From: Sphyrna mokarran
Taxonomy: Eukaryota
DNA length: 64,000 nt
Reading direction: 5' to 3'
Assembly: GCA_024679065.1 (NCBI GenBank)
Contig: JAGIQG010000013.1
Location: 41,230,001 to 41,294,000 of the forward strand
The translations under genes and the position numbers were made by a program. The notes beneath the pieces are model-generated. The model was not told where the DNA came from, searched no databases, and saw nothing but the letters and a program-made list of their open reading frames with translations. Below, in pieces: positions 1 through 11,464 of the stretch (position 1 is its first letter; each line of letters starts with the position of its first letter).

Positions 1-297
1 TTGTTGGTTAACAACCATTTGTATGTCTAAATCAAGACCAACACTCTCTTTTTGATAAAGGAAAATGAGAAAATATATAAAGTTAATGATATATTTTGCC
101 CAACCTGCAAAACATGTTAAATCTCCTCTTATTCATTTCTCTCTTGGTTCACTGTTCATTAGCCAGAACCCTTTTCACACTCCCCTCCCTTATAATCCCC
201 CATGTCCTTCCTCAAATTGTCCCATGGTCTTTTTTTTCGGCCTTATCATAGTCTTATTAGCATGGCTTTGTTTTTGCCCTTTCCATTTCGGAATTGA

Positions 298-514
298 CAC
301 AACACCAAGTTAAAGTCCAACAAGTTTATTTGATGTCATGAGCTTTTGGAGCACTGTTCCTTCATCAGGTGAGTGGAATGGAACACTTCTCTCGCCTGAT
401 TAAGGAGCAGCACTCCGAAAGCTTGTGATACCAAATAAAACTGTTAAAATGTAACCTGGTGTTATGGGACTTCTTACTGTGCCCAACCCAATCCAACACT
501 GACATCGCCACATG
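298..514. mobile_element. Penelope-like terminal-repeat fold-back element with a degenerate hammerhead motif in each arm
   Basis: 298-373 is an imperfect inverted repeat of 391-466. Plus strand has CTGATTA-AGGAGCAGCACTCC-GAAAGCTT; minus strand has CTGATGA-AGGAACAGTGCTCC-AAAAGCTC. The right arm continues into the tail shared with other copies (...ccaatccaacactgacatcgccacat). Confidence 0.75.
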
Positions 515-649
515 ATGGTTTTGGAATTTGATATTATGCTAAAATAATTGAAAATTTAAAATACTTTAAAGCAATGTAGGAGTATGTGGTAGTTTAATCA
601 TATTCCTCAATGTTGTATACATGAAAATAAGGGTGCATGGAATACCTAG

Positions 650-739
650 AGTTATGGGGTTAAGGATAAGTGGGGTTGTTGTCAGTGTAGACTCGATGGG
701 CCAAACGGCCTCCTTTCGCATTGTACAGATTCCATGATT
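650..739 (+). mobile_element. HE1-type SINE/CR1 3' tail fragment
   Basis: gtagactcgatgggccaaacggcctcctttcgcattgtacagattccatg matches the tails of the SINE at 11168-11464 and the CR1 at 20510-20990. Confidence 0.75.
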
Positions 740-3013
740 AAGAAGAAGAGGGAGGTAGAGGGGTCTAGATGTTTAAGGAGGGAATGCCAAAGCTCAAGGC
801 CTGGACGGCCTAAGGCACAGGCAGCTATGGGTGGCTGCAAATGATTTTCAAGTGTGCAATTGGTCAGAATTGGAACACAGGTTGGAGAAAGAAGATTAAA
901 AGCAGGGTCAGTAGTTTGCAAGAACAGTGCTTTCAAGGTTTTTGTTGGAACAACCTTTTAACAGATGTTATTTAGGTCAGCACTGCCAATTTAGGATAGA
1001 CCTTTACATCATATGTTTATTGCATTTCTTTGGCAAACGCTGAAGTGAAATGAAACAAATTTAATTGAGGAATGTAGCTGTTTCTCAAAATTGTCATAAC
1101 ACAGCTTGTGAGAGATACCTGTTGCTGAAATATGTGGCCATTCTCCTTTCCAACAACCAAGCTAAAGGTGCTAAATGATGATAGGTTTTGCTTGGTTAAA
1201 ATCAAGTAAAAATGTAAATATATTTGTGAATTCAGTTAACTCGCACAGTACATGTGTACAAAGCCAAACCATTGTGTGGTAATTATCATATTTGCACAGG
1301 AAACAAATTTTGTGAAATATCTTACTCCAAGAAAAATGGTTTGATAAGCTTGGAAAAATTAAATTGGACTTGCACCAACTCATGAAACTGACACTAGTGT
1401 TACATTTGCAAATAAAGTCATTCTGACTAGATGACAAAATATCAAGAGCCCTTCGGAGCACAGCAAATGGGAACAGTTTAGAGGTAAAGCCCTAAGCTCA
1501 GTTTTCAGAAGTTTTAACTGAATGTACCTTGAATTGCACAAAATGTCTACAATCAGTTTAAGAGCTCCACATTTAATGGATAAAATCCTCAACAGCTCAT
1601 TTTTCACTCCTCTAACGGAAACGTACCGTTTGTTTGCAATTGAATCTGAACTACTGGAACCCAAGGAAGAAAGAGCTGCGTATCGGTCTATGGCCATAAA
1701 GCAGCAATTGGGATGGCAATGATTTGCAACCAATGAATGAGGTGAATTTCGACTATTTCTAAATCAGGGATTCTGGAATAATGAGTAGTTGTGATAAAAA
1801 TTGGAGAATTAGTGTCTTGATTGGTACAGTTTTTAACTATTGCTTCAGTGGTATACTTCTGAGACATTGTTCCTTAAAGAAAACAGACATTGGCTGTGTT
1901 ACTAGCATTCGAGTAATCCTAGGCCCCTCAGGAGAAAGTATTTCACAGCAATCTTCTCTGCTTCTTGTTAAGCATATTTACATTTTACTTAAAATTCTGC
2001 TTAATTCACAAATACTAGTCATTTCATACCTTGTTAGATAAAGCACAACTGATGGCCCTAGTGTTACAAATTCTGAATTTTAACCTTAAGAATTTTTAAT
2101 TAGAAGGGTTTTATAATTCAGAACCATTCTTACAACTTATAAAGATATATCTTAAACTAAAGCACTATTTTTCCCTTATTCATCCCCGTCTGCTTTGCCA
2201 AGGATTGAAGTAGGAGACTCATAGGTGTTAATAACTCCTGTGTTGGCCCCAGAAAAATTACTTATTGCTTTCATTGTGATAATGTCATACACAATTTAAC
2301 ATAATTAAACTGTGATGTGGCACAAGTGGAGTCATTGCTTTTTAGACTTGCAACACATAATCAAGTGCCTTCCTCATGTGTCATGCCACAATTGCATCTT
2401 TAATTTATTTGCATGTAACCTGAAACTATGCACAACACTAACTTCAGGATCTGTTCAGTGATTGATAGGGATCAATAACATAAACCCCAAATGGTTAATT
2501 AAGGCCTGACTGGTATACAGATCATGTATAGTGGTCTGGTACACAAAAAATGGTAATCGTACTATATACGATTAAGACACCCAGTACAATAAAACTGTTA
2601 TTACCTAAACTAGGAACAACAATCCAAGATATGTGCGCAATGAAACCAGATGCCAAAGATGCCTGCATCAGTAATGAACAGCTCATCACTTGGTGCAACG
2701 TAGCAAAGTTTCAAAAGGGAAATTGGCACAATTTGAATTAAATTCAGGAAGATCAGTAACCTGACATATTCCCATGAAGTTCTACTGAATAGATAGGAAT
2801 GTGCTGGAAATCAAATAATCAGGTATATATCATTTCAAATGCAGTAAGAGCACTTCTTGAATATTTTTCTTGTTAATATCAAGTAGACCATTATAACTTG
2901 TCTAAAATTGGACTTTATCAAAAGCTTACGCCCAATGCTCCAAATCTGTATCAGTAGATAAATTTTGTCCTGTGTTGAAAGTTACAATGTGCATTTTGTC
3001 CTCTGAAGAGATT

Positions 3014-3346
3014 AGAACAAAGAACAAAGAACAAAGAACAAAACAGCACGGGAAACAGGCCCTTCGGCCCAACGAGCCCACGTCGCCACCCCGATGTTCC
3101 CACCTCTACCCATGATCTCTGTCTATGTTTATAGATCTATGGATTAAAAACCAAATTTGAGACAATTTAGGGAGAATTTGTTTTGCTAATTAACCTAAGA
3201 GCACATTTTTGGGATGTGGGAGGAAACCAGAGCACCCAGAGAAAACCCACGCAAGCATAGGGAGGATGCGTAAACTCCCACAGACACCGGCCCAAATCCA
3301 TGTATCTGCACAGCACAGCAATAGTCACTGAGCTGTCGTGTTGCCC
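3014..3346 (-). mobile_element. tRNA-derived (HE1/V-SINE-like) SINE, diverged variant
   Basis: Minus strand starts gggcaacacgacagc and contains the central gggtttctctgggtgctctggtttcctcccacatccc block. It ends in a CR1-type tail with a (TTGTTCT)n repeat. Confidence 0.7.
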
Positions 3347-5420
3347 ATCAAATGGTCCAGGTCAAGCGTACACTAACGACATGAAGCACTAGGATACTCT
3401 TGAAACTATATGCACATGAACCAGTAAAGGGAGACTAAAGAAAATAAAAAAAGATGCGCGTTTCTACAATAAATACAGTCCTGTTTCTGAATACATCTGG
3501 CTGAATATATTAAGGTTTCTTCCCAAGAACTTCATAAATATAGTGTAGCCCAAGCCTTAGTGTAAAGCCTATTTGGATGCTGGATTGGTGTGGATCACAT
3601 TGGAGTTAGGAATGGCAACCTGTCCTTCCAATAAACGATCAGGCAACTAGCCAAACTCCTGTAAATGTCATAACGTAAGATTGCATACATAAACAATAGT
3701 TTAGGCCTGGACAGAGAGAGACTGTCAGTCCATCAGCATCATTCCACAGATATCGCTGCAATGCTAGAGGTTGTTCAATAACTTTATACGAGTAGCAAGT
3801 ACACATATAAGTGCTCTGAATAGCACTTCACAACATTCATCTTCCACTGAGAAATTCCCTCTCATCCATCACATCCTTCAGCTTTCTATCACAAGGGCCA
3901 ATGCAATACCATTTTCTCACAATACAATTTTCTTCTTACATACTACCAGTTGTATAACTAATTCCTCCTATGACTCCTTCCTCCCCATGCACATCTTTTC
4001 CTTTACATTCATCACATCCCCATTCTATCTTGCTACATCTCCACCTCTTGATACATCTATTGCATGCATAGGCTTGACATATATCCATTTACTTATTCAA
4101 TATCAACTTGCTATTTTTTCGTCTTTAATTGAGAGCAAACAATCCACATAATCCAAATAAAAGGAACAAAAGCAAAGGAGGAGTTCCAGATAACAATTCC
4201 TCATCAAAGCACTTCCTAGAGATCAGTGGCCTAGGCAGAACCGTGAACATCAAAGAAAGAGAGGCTGGCAGCATTCCAGAGAAGTGTTGCTGCATATTAC
4301 TTGTAATCCTTGATTCATCTTTGGAAAAGCAACTGGCTTCACAGTGTCAAAGCTACATTCTCAGAATTATCATCGGTTAATTTCCATACTTTATCTGCTA
4401 CCCTAACTCAGTCCACTTCTCTCTTTCCTTTACGTCCTTTTTATCAGAAAGACCTTATCCAAAAACTTCTGAGGAAGCACATTCGGCTGAGGATGCCCAA
4501 TGCTCAATTCCTCCTAGACACTGGCCAATGATATAATCTCACTCTAGATCTTTAGATCTGTAAAGTTAGTCTAATTACACATTTTAGTGTCATGGCTGAG
4601 TACGGAAGAGTCCTCTTTTAACTTCTGTGGTGTCAACCCCCATGGCATTACCATTGAATGTATAACCAGGCCAGTACAACAGAAGCCCTTGCTCACATAT
4701 TTTGAAGCTTTGATGGAAGCTTGAGTAGCTGACATACAGGCCTTGGGTCCTGCATTAAACAGAATGTGGAACTGAATAGGGACTTTGATGAAGCCACTCA
4801 CCGTTTATAGTAAAGATCAGCGGTGGTGAAGAGCTCCAGTGAGCAGTATCTGTTGCTGTCTCTCGATGCCCACCTTTCCTCACTTTCCACCCTCTTGAAC
4901 CAATGTTTTCCATTTACCTGGCTAGCAAATTAGCTGGAATGTCCAGGCAACAGCCAAGGTTCAGAGTCTGGAGTATCCAGAACTCAATGGGTATAAGGAC
5001 ATGAAAGGTCTAGCAGGGCCACTAAAGAATCCTGATCTAGGCAAGCCTGATAAATCCTTGCCTACTGGTGACCAGTTTCACTGAAGGGTCATTCAGCAGA
5101 CATAAGCCTCTGATTTACAAAGTATATGTAGGTTTACATTAAACCTGCAACAAAATTAAATTTACAACACAATGCTACTCCAGCAGTTAAGTCAAGCATT
5201 CAGAGACATTCAAAATGCATTTTGATGCTAATGGGATGAAGAGACCTATAATAAATGAAGTTTTCATGTCCCTTAATTGTTTTCTTGTTGTTTCTTATGA
5301 GGGTTATTCATATAAGGGAACTGGAAAAGTTAAATTAACATTTTCTCCAGAGGGATTCTTGCATTTATAGCCAGTGTTTTTGGGTCTGTGACTCAATAAC
5401 TTCTTTTGGGAAAAATCATC

Positions 5421-7379
5421 CGCAGAATTTTCTGCTTCTATCACCTGCAGGAATTGTGGCAGTCTGGGGTAGTAAATTTGGGAAAAGTCAGTTTTCCAGA
5501 TGTAGGAAATTAGTTTTGAATTTTGTTCTCCCAACTTTCATGACAGGTTAAAACCTGATTAAGCTATGCCAGAAACCTCAAGTCATGAGCTCTCATTAAA
5601 AACCCTACTCGCTTTCTCCTTTATATTAAGTGCTCTATCAGCCAATCATTAGAACACTCTGTTTCACGCATGTATGAGACTAGCATCATTTCATCAATGA
5701 GATGCTCCTTTCACTTATGTTTTAGAGAATCTAATTCATGTACATCTATCTCAACTATTTCCAAGGCTGGATAGGGCAGGCATCTGGGGAAGTGGGGGTA
5801 TGTCCAGGGAAGGTTGAGAGAGAGCTAGTAGGTGGGATTGGTGGATCCTGGGAGGCAAACTCATGGTAATGGTAGTAGGAGAGAACAGTGACAGTCAGTG
5901 GGACATGTAGGGTGGCAGGTTCTATGTGTGAATCTGACAGGTGAAAGTATCGTCGGGTGGAATATGGAGGGGGACAAGAAAGGTGGCATGAATAATGGGT
6001 AGGGTCAGGGTCAGGAAGGGCATGGCAAAAGAAACAGGTGTTGCTTCTGAGAGGAGGAAAGTCATGTAGAGGTGTATCATGACAGGCTCCATGGTAATGG
6101 GAGGAGGTTCAAGGATGACAGAGTGGAGAGAAATAGTGATAAGGAAGGATAAAAAGCCACATGCACCACATTGCCAGTAGCAGCAAATTTATGTAAAACT
6201 GCAGTACCTCAAAGTGGAAGGAATGTCTCTTTAGGTAGGTGGAATTCAAGGTCAGGACAATTGGCCACCCTAATAACCATAAGAAAATGTCCAAGAACAA
6301 TGGTCAATTGTGATCGTAACTCTATGATGAAGCCTACACAGCAACAAGATTTATTTCTGAATCATGGGTCTCACAACAGTGAGATTCCAGCAAGATGTGG
6401 AGCTGCTGCTCATTCTATTTGCCATTGGCTGCAGTCGGAGGCAGGGAGGGAGTGAGCGAGCTGGTTGCCTCCAGGGCACACCAGGTGGCGGCCAGGCAAC
6501 TCGATCCATCTGGGTGAATGATCATGGCCGACAAGAAATTGTGTAGTTCATCCTTCAATCCAACCAAGGCAACAGTCTCCCTATAAAGTTTCATGGAGAC
6601 AAGTGGGAAAATGTTCACATTAGGTTTCCTGCATGAGAGTAATGTTTCCATACACTTCTATGTCTAAGAGGCAGGAACATCCACCTCTGATCCTCAAGAT
6701 ATCCTTTACCAGGTGAGGATATCGTATCTAGACAGAGGCCGGGTGAAGACCTACTGGCTTTGAGATGGAGGAAAATTTGTAAAAGACTTGCATACTTAAT
6801 TCATCATTTTAAATTGTTCACACATTCTCTGATGAATCAATGATGCAGGTTGCAAGCAACTCTGCTTTGCTAATGCCACTCATCCAGAAGAGGAGAAGGA
6901 GGACCTTGTCAGCTGCGACAGGGCTCTGAGCAGCAAGAAGCATCAGGACTTCTATGAAGTAAACAGTCTGGCAAACATGAATCACAATAATGGCAAACAT
7001 TGATCCAACCATTGGTACATCATAGACTTTGTTCTTGCTTACAGATGAGTGATAGGCAATGTCAGAGTTGCCTTCATTCGTTCGGGGATATTGCCCACGT
7101 CTGCCAGCTTCTCCTATGCAAGCTTCTGCACTGCGAAGACTCTGGAAAAATAGTGCAGAGGTCCTGCCTGCAATAAATGAATGCCTGTCAGGGTGCCCTT
7201 TAATAATGCCGCAAGGACCTTCAACCCGATGACATAATGCCAAGGTCTTTGCACATGCATAATTAGCGAGTTGAAATGCAGAAAATTACGCATGTTCACA
7301 TGCGTCAATGCTCAGTGAAAATCTCACTAAATTTCCCACCCAACACCACGTTTGGTCTCCAGAATGGAAAATTCCTTCC
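5421..7379. mobile_element. Decayed PIF/Harbinger-type DNA transposon relic
   Basis: The ends resemble inverted termini (gcagaattttc ... gaaaattccttcc). Plus strand ~7038-7113 translates LQMSDRQCQSCLHSFGDIAHVCQLL, like the N-terminus of HARBI1-type transposases. Boundaries approximate. Confidence 0.5.
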
Positions 7380-8230
7380 TACATCTCAGTGCTTCTGTTT
7401 ACCCATTAAATGTATGTTTATTTAAGAAAAGCACAACTACAGGAGGAGAACGAAATCATCCAATGTTTTACTGAGCTGGCCTAACATAATAATTTACATT
7501 ATGATAATCTCATCGGCATAAGTTTCGTAAAATTTCTAGCCTGTATTCTAATCCCTACCCTGCTGACAATTCATTCCCTGCTCCCAGATGCAACGCTTTG
7601 TTTAACCATATCCCATGATGCTTTGCTACAACCCAGCTGAGAGCAGACAAAATTGAATAAACATGTTATTGGAGTTGACAGTTGTTTCTGTGGCTCGAGG
7701 TCATTAATGAAGCTGCAAGTGCCCCTCAGGCTGAGTGCATAACAACATGTTACTCATCATTCGCCGTTGAAATTATAGCGAGATCTGTACTCTGGGGATT
7801 TGTCAGTGTACCAGCTAACAGAAAGGAATCCAAGAGAGGCAATGTGCCAAATCATTAAGGTTCAAAACATTTGGAACTGTTGATTAATTTGGTTAAGCTG
7901 GAATGAATTGCTTACATGCTGACCTAGGAAAATAGCAAATGCCAGCTTCGAAAAATCCAACAGTCTAAGGAAAAATTGAGACAGCTCTTAAGCAGCCTTG
8001 TGACAAATGACTGAAAATCCTGCTTCAGCTACAGGTGTGGCCAACATTCAACCATTTATACTGAGTCCTTTAATATGAAAAATGCCTCATTAGCACTATT
8101 GGGGGAGGGGTATTTCCAGGAAAACAGCAAAAAATATGCTATCAGGCTAACATCCTGACATATTCTCATCAACTTCTATTATTCCCAGAGATAGATTGGG
8201 ATTGAAGATAGGAAGTCTCAGAGCTGAGAC

Positions 8231-8545
8231 TAGAAGCATACAGTGCAGAAGAGGCCCTTCGGCCCATCAAGTTTGCACCAACACATGAGAAACACCTGAA
8301 CTCCCACCTAATTCCATCTACTGGCACTTAGCCCATAACCTTTAATGCTATGACATGCCAAGTGCTCATCCAGTTATTTTTTAAAAGATGTGAGGTCAAC
8401 CCGCTTCTACTGCCCTCCCAGGCAGCGCATTCCAGAATGTCACCAGTACCTGGGTAAAAAAAGCTTTTCCTCATCCCCCTAAACCTTTTGCCTCTTACCT
8501 TGAACCTATGATCCTTCATGATTGACCCTTCAATTAAGGGGAAGC
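8231..8545 (-). mobile_element. CR1/HER1-type LINE 3' fragment
   Basis: ORF 8328..8567 contains FPLIEGSIMKDHRFKVRGKRFRG (CR1 ORF2 C-terminus). It is followed by the gatgggccgaagggcctcttctgcactgta tail. Confidence 0.85.
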
Positions 8546-8599
8546 ATTTAAAATTGTTAGTAGGCAATTAATAAGCATTTTGCACATGGATTCCTTCTT

Positions 8600-9060
8600 T
8601 TTTGCCTCACAGTGCTGCGGATGTGGGTTCAATTCCTGGCTTGGTTCACTATGTAGACATGATGTAGAGATGCTGGCGTTGGACTAGGGTAAACACAGTA
8701 AGAAGTCTGACAACACCAGGTTTAAATCCAACCAAATTATTTGATAGTAAACTCACTATTTTACCTGTTTATTTTTAAACAGGTGAGTTTACTATCAAAT
8801 AAATCGGTTGGACTTAAACCTGGTGTTGTCAGACTTCTTACTTGGTTGACTATCTGTGTGAAGTTTGGTTCGATCTGTATTTGTGTGGGTTTCCTCCGGG
8901 TTCTCTGATTTCCTCCCACAGTCCAAAACGCATGCTGGTTAGGTGCATTGACCATGCTAAATTCTCCCTCAGTGTATTTGAATAGGTTCCAGAGTATGAT
9001 CATTAGACAATTTTCATAATTCCTTCATTACAGTGTTAATAAATAAATAAATAATAAATT
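8600..9060 (+). mobile_element. tRNA-derived SINE (alternative-tail subfamily) interrupted by a PLE hairpin
   Basis: B-box-like gggttcaattcc at ~8625 and central gggtttcctccgggttctctgatttcctcccacagtcc. The tail aaattctccctcagtgta...cagtgttaat(aaat)n is as at 49961-50265. Confidence 0.8.
8653..8842. mobile_element. Penelope-like fold-back insertion, hammerhead core deleted
   Basis: 60-bp inverted arms at 8697-8756 and 8783-8842 (3 mismatches), with a tail at 8658-8696 on one side only. Flanking direct repeat ttggtt(c/g)actat at 8641-8652 and 8842-8853. Confidence 0.8.
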
Positions 9061-9861
9061 TATTTATTATAAGTAAACTTTTAAGCTTTCTAACAGTGGT
9101 TCAGCTCTACGCTGTCTCTAACCTCAAATTGATGCTGGTGGAGAACACTGGATTAGTTGGAGGGGGAGGGGAGGAAGGTGCGAGGGAATGGTTCCTCATT
9201 ATAACTGAGGAGCTATAAAGGCTTTGATCAGTTACACTGAAGATTTGCAGACCTGGCCAGGTAAGAGGCCGATTTGCAAAGCACTCCTTCTGTCAGAGAA
9301 CCTCATTGTATATGACAGGATGGGAATTTACCTGATCAGCTTTTGGTTGCATTTCCTTGCTCCATAGGAGCTCAGGAGTACCTTATGAAGCTCCACCATC
9401 TGTCTCTGCTGAAGGTTGACAGCAGGAGGCTCACCAGTGGTACATGCTCCAGCATCAGTTGCCTCCTCCTCAGCCCCATGCTCCTTCACAGGGAAAATTA
9501 AATGGTTACAGAAATAGAGTTGGAAAGGGTCAAGATCTCATGAGGATCAGCTACCTTGACATTATGCAAGCATCAGTGTCTCAGAAGGCTCAGGCTCTAA
9601 TGGCAGCTCAATATTGACATGTGAACCCTCATGGCGCCACACTGCCTTCTCAGAGAAATAGTGGGCGTGCACTGCTGGGGTTGACAAAGCACCCATCACT
9701 GGATGAATACTGCCTCACGCCCTCCTCCTCACACGTCTCTGCCTCTCAGTCAATTTGTTTGTTCTCTTTGATAAGGAGAGAAGACAATGACCTGTGTCAG
9801 GGTGGTAATCAATTGTGTGCAGGATAGTGGAAGTTGCCATCCCTGGAGGGAGATTGTGATG

Positions 9862-10071
9862 TGGAGATGCCAGTATTGGACTGCTGTGAACACAGTAAGA
9901 AGTCTCACAACAGCAGTTTAAAGTCCAATCAATTTCTTTGATAGTAAACCCACAAGCTTTCGGGGTTTGCATTTTGTTGGGTGAGTGATGAAAGGGCAAA
10001 CCCGAAAGTTTGTGGGTTTACTATCAAATAAATTGATTGGACTTTAAGCTGGTGTTGAGAGGCTTCTTACT
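9862..10071. mobile_element. Penelope-like fold-back insertion with a degenerate hammerhead motif
   Basis: Inverted arms span 9894 to 10071. GTGATGA-AA-GGGcaaaCCC-GAAAGTTT lies at 9985-10011. A perfect 14-bp direct repeat gggagattgtgatg sits at 9848-9861 and 10072-10085. Confidence 0.8.
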
Positions 10072-10239
10072 GGGAGATTGTGATGCGTGAGAATGAGAGT
10101 GTAAAATGATGAGATGCCATTGGCTGATTACAAACGGATGAGAGGTTCCTGCAAGAAGGGGGATGAGTAGAGTTGTAAGGTGTTTATCGATAGTATGCTA
10201 TGGAGGAACATGTTGGGCAAGGTAGCACATGGGATGTCA

Positions 10240-10490
10240 TCTGAAAAGTATTACTCACCCACTCATCTGTCATGTTGCCCAAGGTCCTATAGATCCAGCT
10301 TTCTGCAATGAACCCAGAGTGGTGGATAGTTCTAGTAGATCTGACTAAATATCGTGATAATGGCTGAACAAGTTGTGCACCAGCTACATTCAAATCAAGT
10401 CTATATTTGTTGGCTTGAAACTGAAGGGCATAATGGAGCAGTTTGCTAGTGACAATGGTAAATTGAGCTGCAGAATTGGTTGGCAAGAAA
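10240..10490 (-). mobile_element. Possible Harbinger Myb/SANT-ORF relic
   Basis: Minus strand encodes PLWVHCRK followed by a gtgagt donor-like site, resembling the VQCRKKLNDL motif at 29785-29830. Very decayed. Confidence 0.35.
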
Positions 10491-11008
10491 AAGACAGCTG
10501 TGGAAATATCTTAAGGTTCCTAATGGGCTTTTCAGAGAAAACCACAGAGGTAGAGGATCACTGTGAACTTACTGTTGTTTCTGTAAAACTGCCAGTAGGA
10601 AAAATTAACTTGCAAGTAACTGAATCAGACAAAGCTAATAATTCTGGCAAAACCCACAACAGCCGACACACTGGTTGAAACAGTCCAATTAAATGGGGAA
10701 CACTGGCATGTATGAAAGTGCAGGCAGGCACTTGCCATCTTAAATATTTACAAAGATGACATGTATGATACTATTACAGCAAGAACCATCAAAAATAATA
10801 CTTAACATTTTAATAGTATGTTTTAATATTTATTAGGTGTAATTGGGCTATTGACCAGTAGTTCCACAAAAGAGCTTTCTAGGACTTCTCATGGTGAACT
10901 CAACTAGCCCAATATGGATAGACCCCTAGTTTCTCTCCCACGTTGCATTCTGCAATGTAGAGATTCTATGATAGATCTCCTTATTAGACTACTGAGTTTT
11001 AAAAAGGG

Positions 11009-11063
11009 CAGCATGGACAAGTTGGGCCAAAGGGCCTGTTTCCATGCTGTAAACCTCTATGAC
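11009..11063 (+). mobile_element. CR1 3' terminal fragment
   Basis: gcagcatggacaagttgggccaaagggcctgtttccatgctgtaaacctctatgac is a CR1-type 3' end. Confidence 0.7.
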
Positions 11064-11167
11064 ACTGTTTATCAAGACTCTTTCAAAAATGGTTAAATTC
11101 AAAGAAATCATGTACTCACTAAAGGGGTGGCACAGATGAGTGGGTGAGTAATACCTTTTAGATATTC

Positions 11168-11464
11168 GCACTGTTGCCTCACAGTGCCAGGAATCCAGGT
11201 TGAATTCTGGCCTCAGATCACTGATATATGTGGAGTTTGCACTTTATTCCCGTGTCTAGATGAATTTCCTCTGTGTGCTCCGATTTTCTCCCACAGTCCA
11301 AAGATGTGCGGGTTAGGTTGATTGGCCGTGCCAAGTTGGCCCTAATGCCAGGAGGAATGGCAGAGTAAATGTGTAGGGTTATGGGAATAGAGCTTGAGTG
11401 GGATTGTGGTCGGTACAGACTCAATGGGCCAAATGGCCCCTTCTTTACTGTAGTAATTCTATGA
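11168..11464 (+). mobile_element. HE1-type SINE (CR1/HER1 tail)
   Basis: tRNA-like head with B-box-like ggttgaattc, the shared central block, and tail cagactcaatgggccaaatggccccttctttactgtagtaattctatg. Confidence 0.85.

Noticed and set aside
6818-7243. Longest ORF in the track (141 aa, minus)
   Set aside because: It is antisense to Harbinger transposase-like remnants and has no recognisable domain.
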